From contig CAXNEB010000001.1 in the NCBI GenBank assembly GCA_964201645.1, forward strand, positions 1-63,701: a DNA stretch of 63,701 nt. Direction: 5' to 3'. A program made the translations under genes and the position numbers. Each line of letters opens with the position of its first letter. Position 1 is the stretch's first letter. The DNA comes from Candidatus Planktophila sp. Lineage in GTDB: Bacteria; Actinomycetota; Actinomycetes; Nanopelagicales; Nanopelagicaceae. Below, in pieces: positions 1-11,512 of the stretch. The notes under the pieces are model-generated. The model was not told where the DNA came from. It saw only the letters and a program-made list of their open reading frames with translations, and made no database searches.

Positions 1-8
1 TACTAGTT

Positions 9-773
9 ATGGAGGTCGAAATGGTTCGAGAAGCACTAAATGAGAGTGCGATGAACGCAACATTGCGCGGCAGTTACTGGCGGGTAAGTGTTTTTCAAAG
101 CGTTACATCCACCCAAACCGAACTTATCGGAAAAGAAAATCTGCAACACGGCGATGTTTATGTAACTGAATTTCAAAGCGTAGGCAGAGGCAGATTAGAT
201 CGCACTTTCGAAGCGAGAGAATCTAGTGCACTTCTTTTTTCACTTTACCTCGAACCGATGCGAAGCAAATTGGAGTGGAGTGCAATTCCACTGCTAGCCG
301 GGCTAAGTTTAGTAAATGCGTTAAAGAGTTTGGATACAAAAATTGTCACAAATTTAAAGTGGCCAAATGATTTACTTATCAAAGATAAGAAATTAGCCGG
401 AATTCTGGTAGAGGCTAGAGAAAACGGAGTAGTAGTTGGGATTGGCCTTAACGTAGAGATGAGTAAATCTGAGTTACCAGTGCCAACAGCAACATCGTTA
501 GCTATCGAGAATTTTGCAGAGCTAAATCGCAATATTATTTTGCCCGAAATCTTAAAGAACTTCGCACTAACCATCGGGCTCTGGGAGAGTGGTTCGAGCA
601 TTGGATTCGAGCAGTATCGCCAAGCGAGTTCTACTCTGGGCAAAGAGGTCGAAGTTCACTTGCCTTCGGGCGAAATCCTTAATTCTCGTGCGATGGGAAT
701 CAATGAACTAGGTGAACTGCAGTTGGCAAGCGGCGCTCGAGTTAACGTAGGCGATGTGATTCACCTACGATAG
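9..773 (+). CDS. birA: biotin--[acetyl-CoA-carboxylase] ligase (no N-terminal HTH)
   Basis: STQ, QSVGRGRLDR, KWPND, KLAGILVE and VGIGLNV motifs; upstream of purKE. Exact start uncertain (9/21/51). Confidence 0.93.
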   Translation: MEVEMVREALNESAMNATLRGSYWRVSVFQSVTSTQTELIGKENLQHGDVYVTEFQSVGRGRLDRTFEARESSALLFSLYLEPMRSKLEWSAIPLLAGLSLVNALKSLDTKIVTNLKWPNDLLIKDKKLAGILVEARENGVVVGIGLNVEMSKSELPVPTATSLAIENFAELNRNIILPEILKNFALTIGLWESGSSIGFEQYRQASSTLGKEVEVHLPSGEILNSRAMGINELGELQLASGARVNVGDVIHLR

Positions 774-777
774 GCAA

Positions 778-1890
778 GTGAAATCGCCCTTCCCTCGAGT
801 CGGCATGATTGGCGCTGGCCAACTTGGCCGCATGAGTGCTGGTCCTGCAGCAGCGTTAGGAATCGATCTCGTTTTGCTGGCGCAATCTGCAACTGACTCT
901 GGCGCGCAAGTCGCTGCCTTTGAAGTTGGCGACTATCGAGATTTAGCGCAAGTTCGTGAATTTGCCAAGAAATGTGACTTACTAACGTTCGAGCATGAAC
1001 TTATTCCAATCTCAGTGATTAGAGCTCTTGAAAACGAAGGCGTTAAGTTCTATCCAACTTCGGAAAGCTTTATTTTTTCGCAAGATAAAGCTGCAATGCG
1101 CGAGAAGCTAGCAAATTATCCAGCCCCTAAATGGCAGGTTGTAACCAATGCAAGTGAAATTTTGGAATTCCCAGTAATCGCTAAGTCAATCTCCGGTGGT
1201 TACGATGGCCGTGGCGTCTGGAAAATTAATTCCGAAAGTGAACTTACTTCGATTTTGTTAGAAAATCCCAAGATACTGGTTGAAGAGCTGATTGATTTTG
1301 ATTTTGAAATTTCGGTAATGGTGGCGCGTTCGCCACATGGACAGGCTGCAACTTGGGCACCTACTCAAACAGTGCAAAGTGATGGCATCTGCACCATGAC
1401 GATTGCACCAGCTCCTGATTTAACTGAAGCACTTGGCCAACAAGCACAACAAATGGCTCTTAGTATTGCCGCTGAAATTAAATTAGTTGGTGTTATGGCG
1501 GTTGAGATGTTTGTTAAAGGTGAACAGTTATTTATCAATGAGTTAGCAATGCGACCACATAATTCTGGCCATTGGACAATTGATGGATCTGTTACTAGTC
1601 AGTTCGAACAACACTTACGAGCAATCCTAGATTTGCCACTTGGCGATACCTCTATGACCTCGAAATATGCCGTCATGGGAAATGTATTAGGCGCCGATAA
1701 GCCAGATATGTATCGACCTTATTTGCACTTACTTGCTCGCACGCCAAGGCTAAAGGTTCATCAATATCGCAAAGAAGTTAAGCCTGGGCGCAAGATTGGT
1801 CATGTGACTTTGCTTGGTGAAAATCTCGTAGAATTAACTACTGAAGTACAACATGCGATCGACTATATGAGTGGAGTTATCGATGAGTGA
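778..1890 (+). CDS. purK: N5-carboxyaminoimidazole ribonucleotide synthase
   Basis: [50 protein letters not shown]. Confidence 0.97.
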   Translation: MKSPFPRVGMIGAGQLGRMSAGPAAALGIDLVLLAQSATDSGAQVAAFEVGDYRDLAQVREFAKKCDLLTFEHELIPISVIRALENEGVKFYPTSESFIFSQDKAAMREKLANYPAPKWQVVTNASEILEFPVIAKSISGGYDGRGVWKINSESELTSILLENPKILVEELIDFDFEISVMVARSPHGQAATWAPTQTVQSDGICTMTIAPAPDLTEALGQQAQQMALSIAAEIKLVGVMAVEMFVKGEQLFINELAMRPHNSGHWTIDGSVTSQFEQHLRAILDLPLGDTSMTSKYAVMGNVLGADKPDMYRPYLHLLARTPRLKVHQYRKEVKPGRKIGHVTLLGENLVELTTEVQHAIDYMSGVIDE

Positions 1891-2389
1891 TGTAGCAATC
1901 ATCATGGGGTCAGATTCAGATTGGCCAGTCATGGAAGAAGCCGCACTAGTTCTAGATAAATTTGGCATTTCCTATTCAACTGCAGTTGTCTCAGCTCATC
2001 GCATGCCACTTGAAATGGTGGCATTTGCCCAAGGCGCAAAAAGTGCTGGTACGAAGGTAATTATTGCTGGCGCCGGTGGCGCTGCCCATTTACCTGGCAT
2101 GGTGGCAGCTCTAACAACGCTGCCCGTTATTGGCGTGCCAGTACCGCTAAAGAATTTAGATGGCATGGATTCCCTTCTCTCAATTGTGCAGATGCCAGGT
2201 GGCATTCCAGTTGCAACTGTGGGAATCGGTAACGCTAAGAATGCCGGAATTTTGGCAGCTCGCATTTTGGGAATCAGCGATGAAAAGATTTCGCAGCAAG
2301 TTGCAGATCACTTGAAAGAATTAGAAAGTGAAGCTAAAGCGAAAGGCGCTAATTTAACTGCGCGCCGTAGCCATAAAACTGGCTTCTAA
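1883..2389 (+). CDS. purE: N5-CAIR mutase
   Basis: [41 protein letters not shown]; ATG 1883 overlaps the purK stop. Confidence 0.97.
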   Translation: MSDVAIIMGSDSDWPVMEEAALVLDKFGISYSTAVVSAHRMPLEMVAFAQGAKSAGTKVIIAGAGGAAHLPGMVAALTTLPVIGVPVPLKNLDGMDSLLSIVQMPGGIPVATVGIGNAKNAGILAARILGISDEKISQQVADHLKELESEAKAKGANLTARRSHKTGF

Positions 2390-2396
2390 TTTAGTT

Positions 2397-2795
2397 TTAA
2401 ATAAAGCGCTGGTATTCAATCGCCGGGCAACGATCCATCACAGTTAAAAGACCTGCCGCCTGAGCTCTCTCAATTGCGGCTTGATCAATCACGCCAAGTT
2501 GCAACCAAACTGCCTTTGCCCCAATTGCGATTGCTTGATCAACAACCTCGCCAACTAAATTTGAATTTACAAAACAGTCGACTACATCGATTTGAACCGG
2601 AATATCCTGCAGCGATTGATAGCCAGGTACGCCATGAACCGTTTCGGATTTAGGATGCACTGGGAAAATTTGATGACCCTTATCTTGCAATAACTTGGCA
2701 ACGCCAAATGCTGGACGATCTGGGTTATTGCTTAAGCCAACAACTGCCCAATTCTTCAGCTCAAGTGCTTGCGAAATTGTTTCAGTGGTGTTCAT
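2397..2795 (-). CDS. CoA-binding protein (YccU-like)
   Basis: AVVGLSNNPDRP, PVHP, KAVWLQLG, MDRCP. Confidence 0.88.
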   Translation of the reverse strand: MNTTETISQALELKNWAVVGLSNNPDRPAFGVAKLLQDKGHQIFPVHPKSETVHGVPGYQSLQDIPVQIDVVDCFVNSNLVGEVVDQAIAIGAKAVWLQLGVIDQAAIERAQAAGLLTVMDRCPAIEYQRFI

Positions 2796-2798
2796 TTA

Positions 2799-4115
2799 TT
2801 AATCCGTGCGACCTAAGGCGTGGAATTTCCAGCCGGCTGCTCGCCAAAGTTCACGGTCAAGCGCGTTGCGACCATCGATAATCATGGCCCCTTTAGTCAG
2901 AGCTTTAATCGCTACTGGGTCGAGCTCTCGATATTGCTTCCATTCGGTTAAGTGCAAGATTAAATCTGCCCCGGTAACGCAATCTTCAATTGACTCAGCA
3001 AAGCCCAAGTTCGGGAATCTCTTGCGAGCATTTTCGATTGCTTTTGGATCATGCACGATTACTTTAGCGCCAGCTGCATGTAATTGTGCTGCGATATCTA
3101 AAGCTGGGGAATCTCGCACATCATCGCTATCTGGCTTAAAAGCAGCGCCTAATACGGCAATCTTGTACTGCGTTAAATCTTCCGAAAGATCTGCGCGTAC
3201 TACGTCGATAACGCGCTGACGCGCACGTAAGTTAATCGCATCGATTTCAGTTAAGAACTCAAGGGCCTGTTTAGCGCCAAGTTCCTCAGCGCGAGCCATG
3301 AATGCGCGAATATCTTTTGGTAGGCAACCGCCACCAAATCCGATACCAGCTTGCAAGAATCGATTGCCAATGCGTGGGTCATAACCAATCGCCTTTGCCA
3401 AAACGGTTACATCGCCACCTGCTGCTTCACAAACTTCAGCCATCGCATTGATAAATGAAATTTTGGTTGCCAGGAATGAGTTGGCTGCTACTTTAACCAG
3501 TTCGGCAGTTGGCAAATCAGCACGAATCCACGGGGTACCGAGAGCGAGCACAGGTTCATAAACTTCCTTCAACATTTCTTCGGCTTTATCGCTAGTGACA
3601 CCTACTACTAAGCGATTTGGCCGCAAAGTATCTTCTACCGCGAAACCTTCTCGTAAAAATTCTGGGTTCCAAGCTAAATCTGCATGGGGAGCGGATTTAA
3701 GAAGTTCTTCGCGCAAAGATTGGGCGGTTCCAACGGGCACAGTTGATTTTCCAACTACCAGTGAACCTGGCTTCAAATACGGGGTTATAGCGGCGACTGA
3801 GGAACGAACATAAGTTAAATCTGCCGCCAGACCATCTTTGCTTTGCGGAGTTCCGACGCAAACAAAGTGCATATCAGCATCTGCTAGGAGTGAAAAATCT
3901 GTGGTGAAAGTTAAGCGACCAGTTTTCACTTCATCAGCTAACAAAGTATCTAAACCAGGTTCATAAAACGGTAGTTCGCCTCTGCTTAATTGGGCAATTT
4001 TGGCAGCATCGGTATCAACACCGATTACTTCAAAACCTAGAGATGACATACAAGCAGCATGAGTAGCACCCAGATAACCAGTTCCGATTACCGATAACTT
4101 CATTTTCATCTTCAT
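2799..4115 (-). CDS. ugd: UDP-glucose/GDP-mannose 6-dehydrogenase
   Basis: GTGYLG, KSTVPVGT, NPEFLREG, GFGGGCLPKD, FKPDSDDVRDSP. Confidence 0.95.
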   Translation of the reverse strand: MKMKMKLSVIGTGYLGATHAACMSSLGFEVIGVDTDAAKIAQLSRGELPFYEPGLDTLLADEVKTGRLTFTTDFSLLADADMHFVCVGTPQSKDGLAADLTYVRSSVAAITPYLKPGSLVVGKSTVPVGTAQSLREELLKSAPHADLAWNPEFLREGFAVEDTLRPNRLVVGVTSDKAEEMLKEVYEPVLALGTPWIRADLPTAELVKVAANSFLATKISFINAMAEVCEAAGGDVTVLAKAIGYDPRIGNRFLQAGIGFGGGCLPKDIRAFMARAEELGAKQALEFLTEIDAINLRARQRVIDVVRADLSEDLTQYKIAVLGAAFKPDSDDVRDSPALDIAAQLHAAGAKVIVHDPKAIENARKRFPNLGFAESIEDCVTGADLILHLTEWKQYRELDPVAIKALTKGAMIIDGRNALDRELWRAAGWKFHALGRTD

Positions 4116-4119
4116 TCCC

Positions 4120-5241
4120 TTATTTTGCAGTCAGGCAAGCATTTTCCGAAGCTGTTTGAGTCTTAAACTTGTCGACGATGGTAGTTGTAGGTGAGGCACT
4201 CGCCGAAGGCGTCGCCTTAACTTCATCAATAATTGGTTGATCGTTCAACAAGCGATTGAACAGATCGGGTGCCAGAACGCTATCCCAAATTACAACCGAG
4301 CCAACACCCTCTGCTCGACCATTTGCAGTGGAGAGCGGAATAGTGAGGGTGCGAACTCGATCGGCCGATAAGTTCTTTAGCTGCTTACCTAAAGTCAGAA
4401 GGTCATTCTTATTTAAATCATTATCAGTTGTGACAGTTTTAATCGCGGCATTAAAGAAGTTCACCAGTTTAACGGGGTTTAACAATGTGCCCGTGCTGGT
4501 AGCTTTTTGTAAGACCGCTGACATAAATTCCTGCTGACGTTTCATTCGGCCAATATCGCCTTGCCCATCGAAGGCGCGAGTGCGCACATATTTCAGAGCT
4601 TGGATTCCATCTAAAGTTTGTAGGCCAGCGGAAAGTTGTAAGTTCGATTTAGAGTCATCGATATCTTTCTTGACGCAAACATCGATTCCTCCGAGAGCGT
4701 CAATAATATTTTTAAAGCCTAAGAAATTAATCTCAATGTAGTGGTCAATTCGTAGCCCAGTTTCGCTTTCAAGCGTTTCGATCAATAGCGGAGCTCCACC
4801 AAAACTAAAGGCGGCATTCAATTTATTTTGGCGCGCCGGCACCATCTTGGTTTTGTCCAAACTGCTTACATGTTCTGGAATTGTCACCAACGAATCTCGA
4901 GGGAGCGAGATAATTACCGCGCTATCGCGAGCCTTGCTAATGTGAACAAGAATCATCGTGTCTGAGCGGGCACCGGCGGCAACTTCAGTTCCGCCAACCC
5001 AAAGTTCACGAATTTGCGCTTTCGTTAAACCTGCGCGGTTATCTGAACCCACCAGCAAAATATTCATCGCACTAGTTGGTTTATCAGGTCGGTTATTAAC
5101 ACCGGCAAATGCATCAGTTCGATTTAGGGATCCGCTAATTTGGCCAAGTCCCAGCCAACCGATGGCAGATAGAGCCACAATTCCTACCGAAAGTGAGGTA
5201 ATCGCCCGAATAGCACGGCTGTGTTTGCGAGGCGAAGACAT
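4120..5241 (-). CDS. LCP (LytR-CpsA-Psr) family cell-wall glycopolymer ligase
   Basis: N-terminal TM helix; NILLVGSD, RSDTMIL, SLPRDS, KLNAAF, DIGRMKRQQ. Confidence 0.93.
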   Translation of the reverse strand: MSSPRKHSRAIRAITSLSVGIVALSAIGWLGLGQISGSLNRTDAFAGVNNRPDKPTSAMNILLVGSDNRAGLTKAQIRELWVGGTEVAAGARSDTMILVHISKARDSAVIISLPRDSLVTIPEHVSSLDKTKMVPARQNKLNAAFSFGGAPLLIETLESETGLRIDHYIEINFLGFKNIIDALGGIDVCVKKDIDDSKSNLQLSAGLQTLDGIQALKYVRTRAFDGQGDIGRMKRQQEFMSAVLQKATSTGTLLNPVKLVNFFNAAIKTVTTDNDLNKNDLLTLGKQLKNLSADRVRTLTIPLSTANGRAEGVGSVVIWDSVLAPDLFNRLLNDQPIIDEVKATPSASASPTTTIVDKFKTQTASENACLTAK

Positions 5242-5277
5242 GGCGAAAGCGTACTTGGGCGATACGGTTTAGGGGCT

Positions 5278-6282
5278 ATGACTACCGCACCTACTCCGAG
5301 AAAAGTTGAGTTATCTACCTCACCGGATCTCTCCGTCATTTTGCCAGTCCTAAATGAGGCAAACCATTTAGCAGCTGCAGTTAAAGCAATCCTGTCGCAG
5401 GATTATCCGGGTAAGTTTGAAGTTATTTTGGCAATTGGGCCATCAAAAGATGAAACTCTTGAAATCGCCAAAGAGTTAGCTAAATCTGATTCCCGAGTTG
5501 TTGTAGTACTAAATCCAACTGGGCGCACGGCGGCAGGTTTAAACATCGCGCTAGCGAAATCAAATTCACCAATTATCGTAAGAGTCGATGGTCATGCTGA
5601 AATCCCTAGCAATTATCTTTCTATCGCAGTTGAATTACTGCGCGAGACTGGCGCAGTAAATGTTGGTGGATTAATGGGCGCAGTTGGAAAAACGAAGTTC
5701 GAAAAAAGTGTGGCTCGAGCGATGCGTAGCCCCCTTGGAGTAGGGGCGGCAAAGTTTCACACAGGTGGTGGCTCTGGTGAAGTCGATACCGTTTATCTGG
5801 GTTGCTTCTTGCGCGAGGCGCTAACTGAAATTGGTGGTTTCGATGAGCGATTCATTCGAGCCCAAGATTGGGAACTTAACTTTCGCTTGCGCGAACGTGG
5901 TGGCAAAATCTATTTTGATCCGCGCCTAGAAGTTACTTACCGACCAAGGCCAAATTTGGCAGCACTGGCAAAACAATATTTTGAATATGGCCGTTGGCGC
6001 CGCGTAGTCTCACGCAAACATGCCGGCACTATTAACTATCGATACTTAGCGCCACCAGTCGCTCTAGTCGGAACAGTAATTTCACTAATTGCTGGCTTGC
6101 TAGTTTCGCCTTGGCTCCTGGTTCCAGCCGGCGTTTATGCAGGTTTCACGCTGATCGCAGGAGTTGCACTCGGTAAAGGTTTGCTCGAAAAACTATTAAT
6201 GCCTGCAGTCCTATTTACGATGCAGATGTCTTGGGGCGCTGGCTTTATCACTTCGCCTAAATCCTTAGTACCTCAGGATTAA
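5278..6282 (+). CDS. glycosyltransferase family 2 (ExoA-like)
   Basis: SVILPVLNE, RVDGH, AQDWELNFR, QYFEYGRWR, C-terminal TMs; ATG 5278 preferred over GTG 5221, which overlaps the divergent gene. Confidence 0.88.
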   Translation: MTTAPTPRKVELSTSPDLSVILPVLNEANHLAAAVKAILSQDYPGKFEVILAIGPSKDETLEIAKELAKSDSRVVVVLNPTGRTAAGLNIALAKSNSPIIVRVDGHAEIPSNYLSIAVELLRETGAVNVGGLMGAVGKTKFEKSVARAMRSPLGVGAAKFHTGGGSGEVDTVYLGCFLREALTEIGGFDERFIRAQDWELNFRLRERGGKIYFDPRLEVTYRPRPNLAALAKQYFEYGRWRRVVSRKHAGTINYRYLAPPVALVGTVISLIAGLLVSPWLLVPAGVYAGFTLIAGVALGKGLLEKLLMPAVLFTMQMSWGAGFITSPKSLVPQD

Positions 6283-6284
6283 CC

Positions 6285-7562
6285 TTGAAACGACTTAATT
6301 TTAAGGCTTTGGTAGCGATCTTAATTTCAATTTTAGCGCTAGCCAATTTGCCTTTAGCTTCGGCTGAAGCACCTGCTGCAATTTCATTCTCCGGTAAAGG
6401 ATATGGACATGGCGTAGGCATGAGTCAGATTGGCGCTCGTGGCCTAGCGCTAGCCGGTGATACCGCAACGGCAATTATGAATTATTACTATCCTGGCAGT
6501 GATGTATTGCCATTAACTGATGATCAAATTTTGCGGGTAAATATTGGTCACCAGTTGACTTCGGCTTCGTTAAAAAGCGATTCGCCTGGCATGTCATTGC
6601 AATTGATTTCTGGCGATGGCACCGAACCACAATTTCTTTCAGTCTTAGCAGCAAAAGATTCAGTTAGATTATCTATTTCGAATAAGCAAGTTGCGATAAC
6701 TACGACACAAGTTGGCATTACTACCGTGTTAACTCCAGTCGACTCGTTAACTATCCGCTGGAGTGGCACTAGATATCTAGCTGGGCCAGATTCAGTTTTA
6801 TCTTTAACTCATACCAAGAAAACTACAAGATATCGTTATGGTCAGATTCAGGTGAAGATAATTAAAGATGCCAAATTGGGCAATCGATTGGCGATTGTGA
6901 ATCAAGTTAGATTGCACGATGAATATCTTTGGGGAATTAGCGAAGTTCCTTCTTCTTGGCCGGCAGCTGCCCTCGAAGCACAAGCGATCGCATCACGCAG
7001 TTATGCCATGAGCAAGGTCGGCAAAATTCAAAAGAGTTGCGACTGCGAACTTTATTCAACGATTAGTGATCAGAATTTCGCCGGGTATGCCAAAGAGGCT
7101 GAACCTAAGTGGGGGCAAATTTGGAAAGCCGCCGTTTCTCGAACTTCGGTCACTGAAACCACTGGCTTAACGGTTACTCGCAATTCCTTACCAATTCGAA
7201 CTTATTTTGGCTCTTCAACAGGCGGCGTAACTGAAACTTCAAAAAATGCCTGGGGAAGCGATGTGGGTTACACCTTCTCGGTACCAGATCCTTGGTCGCT
7301 TGATCCTAAGTTAAATCCGAGTTTCTACAAATGGAAACGAGATGTCGCACAATCAGTGCTGGCTAGCGCTTTTGGGTTGCCCGATGTTGTGTCAGTCAAA
7401 ATTTTGACACTGAACGAAACCGGTTCAGTGAAAGTGATTGAGGGAAAATCAAGTACCGGAAAGAAAGTTAAATTAAGTGGTGAGACATTCCGCAGTAGAT
7501 CCAAATTGCCATCTACTTGGTTTTCTCCGACGAGTGAAGAACTAATTAGCGTGCAGAACTGA
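6285..7562 (+). CDS. SpoIID/LytB-domain peptidoglycan lytic transglycosylase, secreted
   Basis: signal peptide; [41 protein letters not shown]. Confidence 0.88.
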   Translation: MKRLNFKALVAILISILALANLPLASAEAPAAISFSGKGYGHGVGMSQIGARGLALAGDTATAIMNYYYPGSDVLPLTDDQILRVNIGHQLTSASLKSDSPGMSLQLISGDGTEPQFLSVLAAKDSVRLSISNKQVAITTTQVGITTVLTPVDSLTIRWSGTRYLAGPDSVLSLTHTKKTTRYRYGQIQVKIIKDAKLGNRLAIVNQVRLHDEYLWGISEVPSSWPAAALEAQAIASRSYAMSKVGKIQKSCDCELYSTISDQNFAGYAKEAEPKWGQIWKAAVSRTSVTETTGLTVTRNSLPIRTYFGSSTGGVTETSKNAWGSDVGYTFSVPDPWSLDPKLNPSFYKWKRDVAQSVLASAFGLPDVVSVKILTLNETGSVKVIEGKSSTGKKVKLSGETFRSRSKLPSTWFSPTSEELISVQN

Positions 7563-8477
7563 GTTAAGTCCACCCCAGGTGCCGGTACGTATTACAGCTT
7601 CAAGCGCGCCACTTTGTGAATTGCGTCGGAACAATAAATTATTAGCTCCGGAAAGCGTGGCTGCCTTAACTACTTCACCATCTGGCAGCAAGACTTTGGC
7701 AGCAGCAGTTACATAAGTTCCAGATTCAATTACGCAATTATCGCCAAGTGAAATGCCACAACCCGAATTTGCACCTAGTAAGCAATTCTCGCCAATCGAA
7801 ATTACTTCTTTGCCACCACCACTTAGCGTGCCCATGATCGAAGCGCTGCCACCAATATCGCTGCCGTTGCCAACAACCACGCCTGCCGAAATTCGTCCTT
7901 CGACCATCGAGGTTCCGAGAGTGCCGGCGTTGAAATTTACAAAACCCTCGTGCATAACAGTTGTGCCACTTGCTAAGTGTGCGCCGAGTCTTACTCGATC
8001 GGCATCTGCGATTCGTACCCCACTTGGAACTACGTAATCAACCATGCGCGGAAATTTATCTACGCCGTAAACAGCAATGTGTTGTCCAGTTGCAGCCCGG
8101 ATATTGCCGCGAGTGATTTCAAAGTTATCAACCGGACAGGGACCAACTGAAGTCCAAACTACGTTATTTAGAATTCCAAAAATTCCATCGAGTGATTGCC
8201 CATGTGGCTTAACTAAACGATGTGAAAGTAAATGCAAACGCAAGTAGGCATCGCTAACTGATGCAGGTGGTGTTGCTAAATCAATTTCAATACCGACGAC
8301 TTCGCTGCGTACACCGCGTGCGTTATCCGGTGTTGCCAGAGAGGCTAATTCTGCAGGTGCAGTTGCGGGCAGATTGCCTAAAACAGGTGCGGGGAACCAA
8401 GTATCAAGGACTGTGCCATCTTTTTCGCCACCATTAATTAAAGTGGCAATTCCATATCCAGCTGCTCGTTGCGACAT
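7542..8477 (-). CDS. dapD: tetrahydrodipicolinate N-succinyltransferase (actinobacterial type)
   Basis: [38 protein letters not shown], hexapeptide repeats. Confidence 0.96.
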   Translation of the reverse strand: MSQRAAGYGIATLINGGEKDGTVLDTWFPAPVLGNLPATAPAELASLATPDNARGVRSEVVGIEIDLATPPASVSDAYLRLHLLSHRLVKPHGQSLDGIFGILNNVVWTSVGPCPVDNFEITRGNIRAATGQHIAVYGVDKFPRMVDYVVPSGVRIADADRVRLGAHLASGTTVMHEGFVNFNAGTLGTSMVEGRISAGVVVGNGSDIGGSASIMGTLSGGGKEVISIGENCLLGANSGCGISLGDNCVIESGTYVTAAAKVLLPDGEVVKAATLSGANNLLFRRNSQSGALEAVIRTGTWGGLNSVLHAN

Positions 8478-8507
8478 AGACCAAGCCTAGCCCCTATCCT
8501 TAGCGAC
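8478..8507. promoter_or_regulatory. back-to-back leaderless promoters for dapD and the LOG gene
   Basis: minus strand TAGGCT(8489-8484)-N6-ATG; plus strand TATCCT(8495-8500)-N7-ATG; no SD on either side. Confidence 0.6.
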
Positions 8508-9050
8508 ATGCGTATTGCCGTCTTTTGTTCATCATCACCAACCATTGATGCGAAATATCAAGCGGTTGCAACTGAACTTGGAAATGCGATCGGCAATCAA
8601 GGTTGGGGTTTGGTATCTGGCGGCGGCCACATTTCAACAATGGGTGCCATCGCCCGCGCGGTACGTGAAGTTGGCGGACATACGATCGGCGTGATTCCAC
8701 AGTCCTTAGTTGATATTGAATTTGCAGACCAAGACAGTGACGAACTACATGTGGTTGAGTCAATGCGCGAACGTAAAGCTAAAATCGAAGATTTAGCAGA
8801 TGCCTTTATTACCTTGCCTGGCGGGCCTGGAACCCTAGAAGAATTTTTCGAAATTTGGGTTGGCCGTTTTCTTAAGTTTCACGATAAGCCAGTTTTAGTT
8901 CTTGATCCGCATGGTGCTTTTGCGCCACTAATAACTTTACTTGATCATCTCGAAGCCGAAGGCTTTGTAAAACCAGGTCAACGTGAATTAGTAACTTGGT
9001 GCACCACTGTTGAACAAGCTATTGACGCGTTATCGACCTCTGGTAAATAA
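8508..9050 (+). CDS. LOG family nucleotide phosphoribohydrolase (TIGR00730-like)
   Basis: AVFCSS, SMRERK, LPGGPGTLEE. Confidence 0.92.
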   Translation: MRIAVFCSSSPTIDAKYQAVATELGNAIGNQGWGLVSGGGHISTMGAIARAVREVGGHTIGVIPQSLVDIEFADQDSDELHVVESMRERKAKIEDLADAFITLPGGPGTLEEFFEIWVGRFLKFHDKPVLVLDPHGAFAPLITLLDHLEAEGFVKPGQRELVTWCTTVEQAIDALSTSGK

Positions 9051-9051
9051 A

Positions 9052-9507
9052 TTGTCAGCAAATCAGATAAATATTCGAATCAAAATTAAAGCTCCAATCG
9101 ATCAGGTTTGGGCAGCAATTGCTGATTGGGAGAGCCAAGGCGATTGGATGTTGCAAACTCGAGTTTGGGTTACCTCCGATATTCGAAGTGGAGTTGGTAC
9201 CTCAATTAGTGCGCTAACTGGTCCACTTGTTAAATCAGGGCTCAAGTTTGGTTTGCTGGACAAGATGGTGGTCACAAATTGGCTGCCACCGCGATTATGC
9301 GAAGTTGACCATGTCGGCAAAGTAATCAAAGGCACCGGCAAATTCGAACTAACCGATCTTTCTAGCGAGCAAGAAGTTGCAACAATTTTCGACTGGTCAG
9401 AAACGATTCAAGCGCCAAAGGCGATTTTTCTTTTGATCTATTTACCCACTTATTTAGGCGTGCGAATCTCACTTCTACGCTTTCGGAGATCTCTTACCAA
9501 TCGCTAG
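9052..9507 (+). CDS. SRPBCC/START-like family protein
   Basis: APIDQVWAAIADWESQGDWM, WLPPRLCEVDHVG; TTG 9052 directly after the LOG stop. Confidence 0.75.
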   Translation: MSANQINIRIKIKAPIDQVWAAIADWESQGDWMLQTRVWVTSDIRSGVGTSISALTGPLVKSGLKFGLLDKMVVTNWLPPRLCEVDHVGKVIKGTGKFELTDLSSEQEVATIFDWSETIQAPKAIFLLIYLPTYLGVRISLLRFRRSLTNR

Positions 9508-9521
9508 TAGCCTGTACTCCT

Positions 9522-9722
9522 ATGAGCGCCTCAAAACCAGCCAAAACCTTGGCCGAAGTGCTTAGCGAGTTACCCGAAGAAGAACGCATCATCTTGACGA
9601 TGCATCTCTTGCGCGGGCTAGCTGCCCCAGAAATTGCCAACTTAATTGGGGTGCCTGAACGGGCAGTTCAATCGCTGATTTCGAGCGGAAAGTCCAGATT
9701 GAGCACATTGTTAGGCCTGTAA
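9522..9722 (+). CDS. stand-alone sigma-70 region-4 HTH mini-protein (66 aa)
   Basis: LSELPEEERIILTM..GL...EIANLIGVP..AV.S.IS.GK.RL matches the ECF region 4.2 pattern; no region 2. Confidence 0.75.
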   Translation: MSASKPAKTLAEVLSELPEEERIILTMHLLRGLAAPEIANLIGVPERAVQSLISSGKSRLSTLLGL

Positions 9723-9805
9723 TTGCCGCTCTTGATTTCTGTTTCACCCCCTAAATGCGAGATACTTCTCCCTCACACCCGCGTAAGATCTTTAAAGGAG
9801 TTCCA

Positions 9806-9985
9806 ATGGCTGCCATGAAACCTCGTACTGGCGATGGCCCAATGGAAGTTACCAAGGAAGCTCGCTCCCTAGTTATGCGAATTCCACTAGAAGGCGGCGG
9901 ACGTTTAGTCGTTGAAATGAATGCCGAAGAAGCCACAAATTTAAGTGCCGCGTTACACGCAGCGGTTGGGCTGATTAAGAAGTAG
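9806..9985 (+). CDS. DUF3117 family protein
   Basis: MAAMKPRTGDGPMEVTKE...RIPLEGGGRLVVE; SD AAGGAG upstream. Confidence 0.92.
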   Translation: MAAMKPRTGDGPMEVTKEARSLVMRIPLEGGGRLVVEMNAEEATNLSAALHAAVGLIKK

Positions 9986-10006
9986 TAATCAGATAGCCTC
10001 ACGCTT

Positions 10007-11512
10007 ATGTCTCTACCTGCACATTTTCCAGAGTTAAAGGCGATCCCAGCGGAACTTAAGTTGGCCCTCGCAAGTGAAATTATTGCCCTTGGTTTTATCG
10101 CGGTCGAAAACTCCGACCCAAAGGCTGAAAAAGAGTTCAAGTTAGTCGGCTCAACGCTATTGCTCAAAAGCATCGCCGACACTTTTGGTATCGATCTCCT
10201 TGATGAACTTAAATTTTTCACACCAACTGGAAAAGCTGGCGAATCATTCGAACTTCCGATTAGCGCACCAGATGCTAAATCCGAAAGATTGTTATTAGTT
10301 GGCTTAGGCGATCAATCTCTGGCTGCTTTACGTGCCGCGGGTGCCACAGTTGGCCGAAAGGTCAAAGGTAAAGCTCAAAGCATTTCAACTTTCTGTGCTA
10401 CAACCGATGCAAATGCAACAGCTCATGCCATCTCGGCAACTATGGGTGCCTACCTCTGGAATTTAAAGAGTGGGCCAAAACCACTTAAGCCAATTATTTC
10501 GCTTTCAATTTCAACTCTGGCACTAAAGCGCGCTCTTGCTATTGCTTCAGCTGTCTGGCGTGCTCGTGATCTAGTACATACGCCTGCAAATATAAAGACA
10601 CCAGCCTGGATAGCGGCAAATGCAAAGACGGTAGCTAAAGAGCGGAATATTTCGATAAAAGTATTAGCCGGAAAAGATCTTGCGCAATTTGGTGGCTTAG
10701 CTGCAGTTGGTAACTCTTCTCGTAAATCACCACCTCGCTTTATCGAGATTACTTATGCGCCAAAAGGTTCTAGTACTTGGCCACATGTGGTTTTAGTCGG
10801 CAAGGGAATAACTTTCGATACAGGCGGATATTCCATGAAGCGCCCATACGACAACATGATGGCGATGAAAACTGATATGGCTGGGGCTGCCGCAGTTCTC
10901 TGCGTCGTAAGCGCTCTTCCTGAATTAGCGCCACGAGTTCGCGTTACCGCACTCTTAATGTGTGCTGAAAATGCGGTATCTGGCACTGCTCAACGCCCGA
11001 GCGATGTAATTACTCATTTCGGAGGCACCACAACAGAAGTATTAAATACTGATGCCGAAGGTCGCTTAGTTCTTGCCGATGGCTTGGCTTATGCAAACTT
11101 GAAATTAAAGCCAGATTATTTAATCGACGTAGCAACGCTAACTGGATCAGCAACACTTGGTCTAGGACGTCAATACGCGGCTATGTATTCACGAGATGAC
11201 AAGTTGGCAGCAAAATTTTATGAACTAGGAAATGAATCGGGCGATCGCGTTTGGCGCATGCCACTTGTAAATGACTACATTGATGCGCTTGAAAGCGATA
11301 TCGCCGATATCAATAACACGGCCGATAAAGGCGACTACAGCGCTGGTTCAGTAACTGCCGCGCTATTTTTAGAAAAGTTTGTTGGCGATCGTAAGTGGGT
11401 GCACTTCGATATCGCTGGCACTGGTCGCAGCGAAGTTGATGCTGGTGAAAATCCCAAAGGTGGCACTGGCTTCGGAGTTCGCTTGCTAACTACTTGGATT
11501 TCTTCCCTATGA
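10007..11512 (+). CDS. pepA: leucyl aminopeptidase (M17)
   Basis: VGKGITFDTGG, MKTDMAG, NTDAEGRLVLAD, ATLTG. Confidence 0.95.
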   Translation: MSLPAHFPELKAIPAELKLALASEIIALGFIAVENSDPKAEKEFKLVGSTLLLKSIADTFGIDLLDELKFFTPTGKAGESFELPISAPDAKSERLLLVGLGDQSLAALRAAGATVGRKVKGKAQSISTFCATTDANATAHAISATMGAYLWNLKSGPKPLKPIISLSISTLALKRALAIASAVWRARDLVHTPANIKTPAWIAANAKTVAKERNISIKVLAGKDLAQFGGLAAVGNSSRKSPPRFIEITYAPKGSSTWPHVVLVGKGITFDTGGYSMKRPYDNMMAMKTDMAGAAAVLCVVSALPELAPRVRVTALLMCAENAVSGTAQRPSDVITHFGGTTTEVLNTDAEGRLVLADGLAYANLKLKPDYLIDVATLTGSATLGLGRQYAAMYSRDDKLAAKFYELGNESGDRVWRMPLVNDYIDALESDIADINNTADKGDYSAGSVTAALFLEKFVGDRKWVHFDIAGTGRSEVDAGENPKGGTGFGVRLLTTWISSL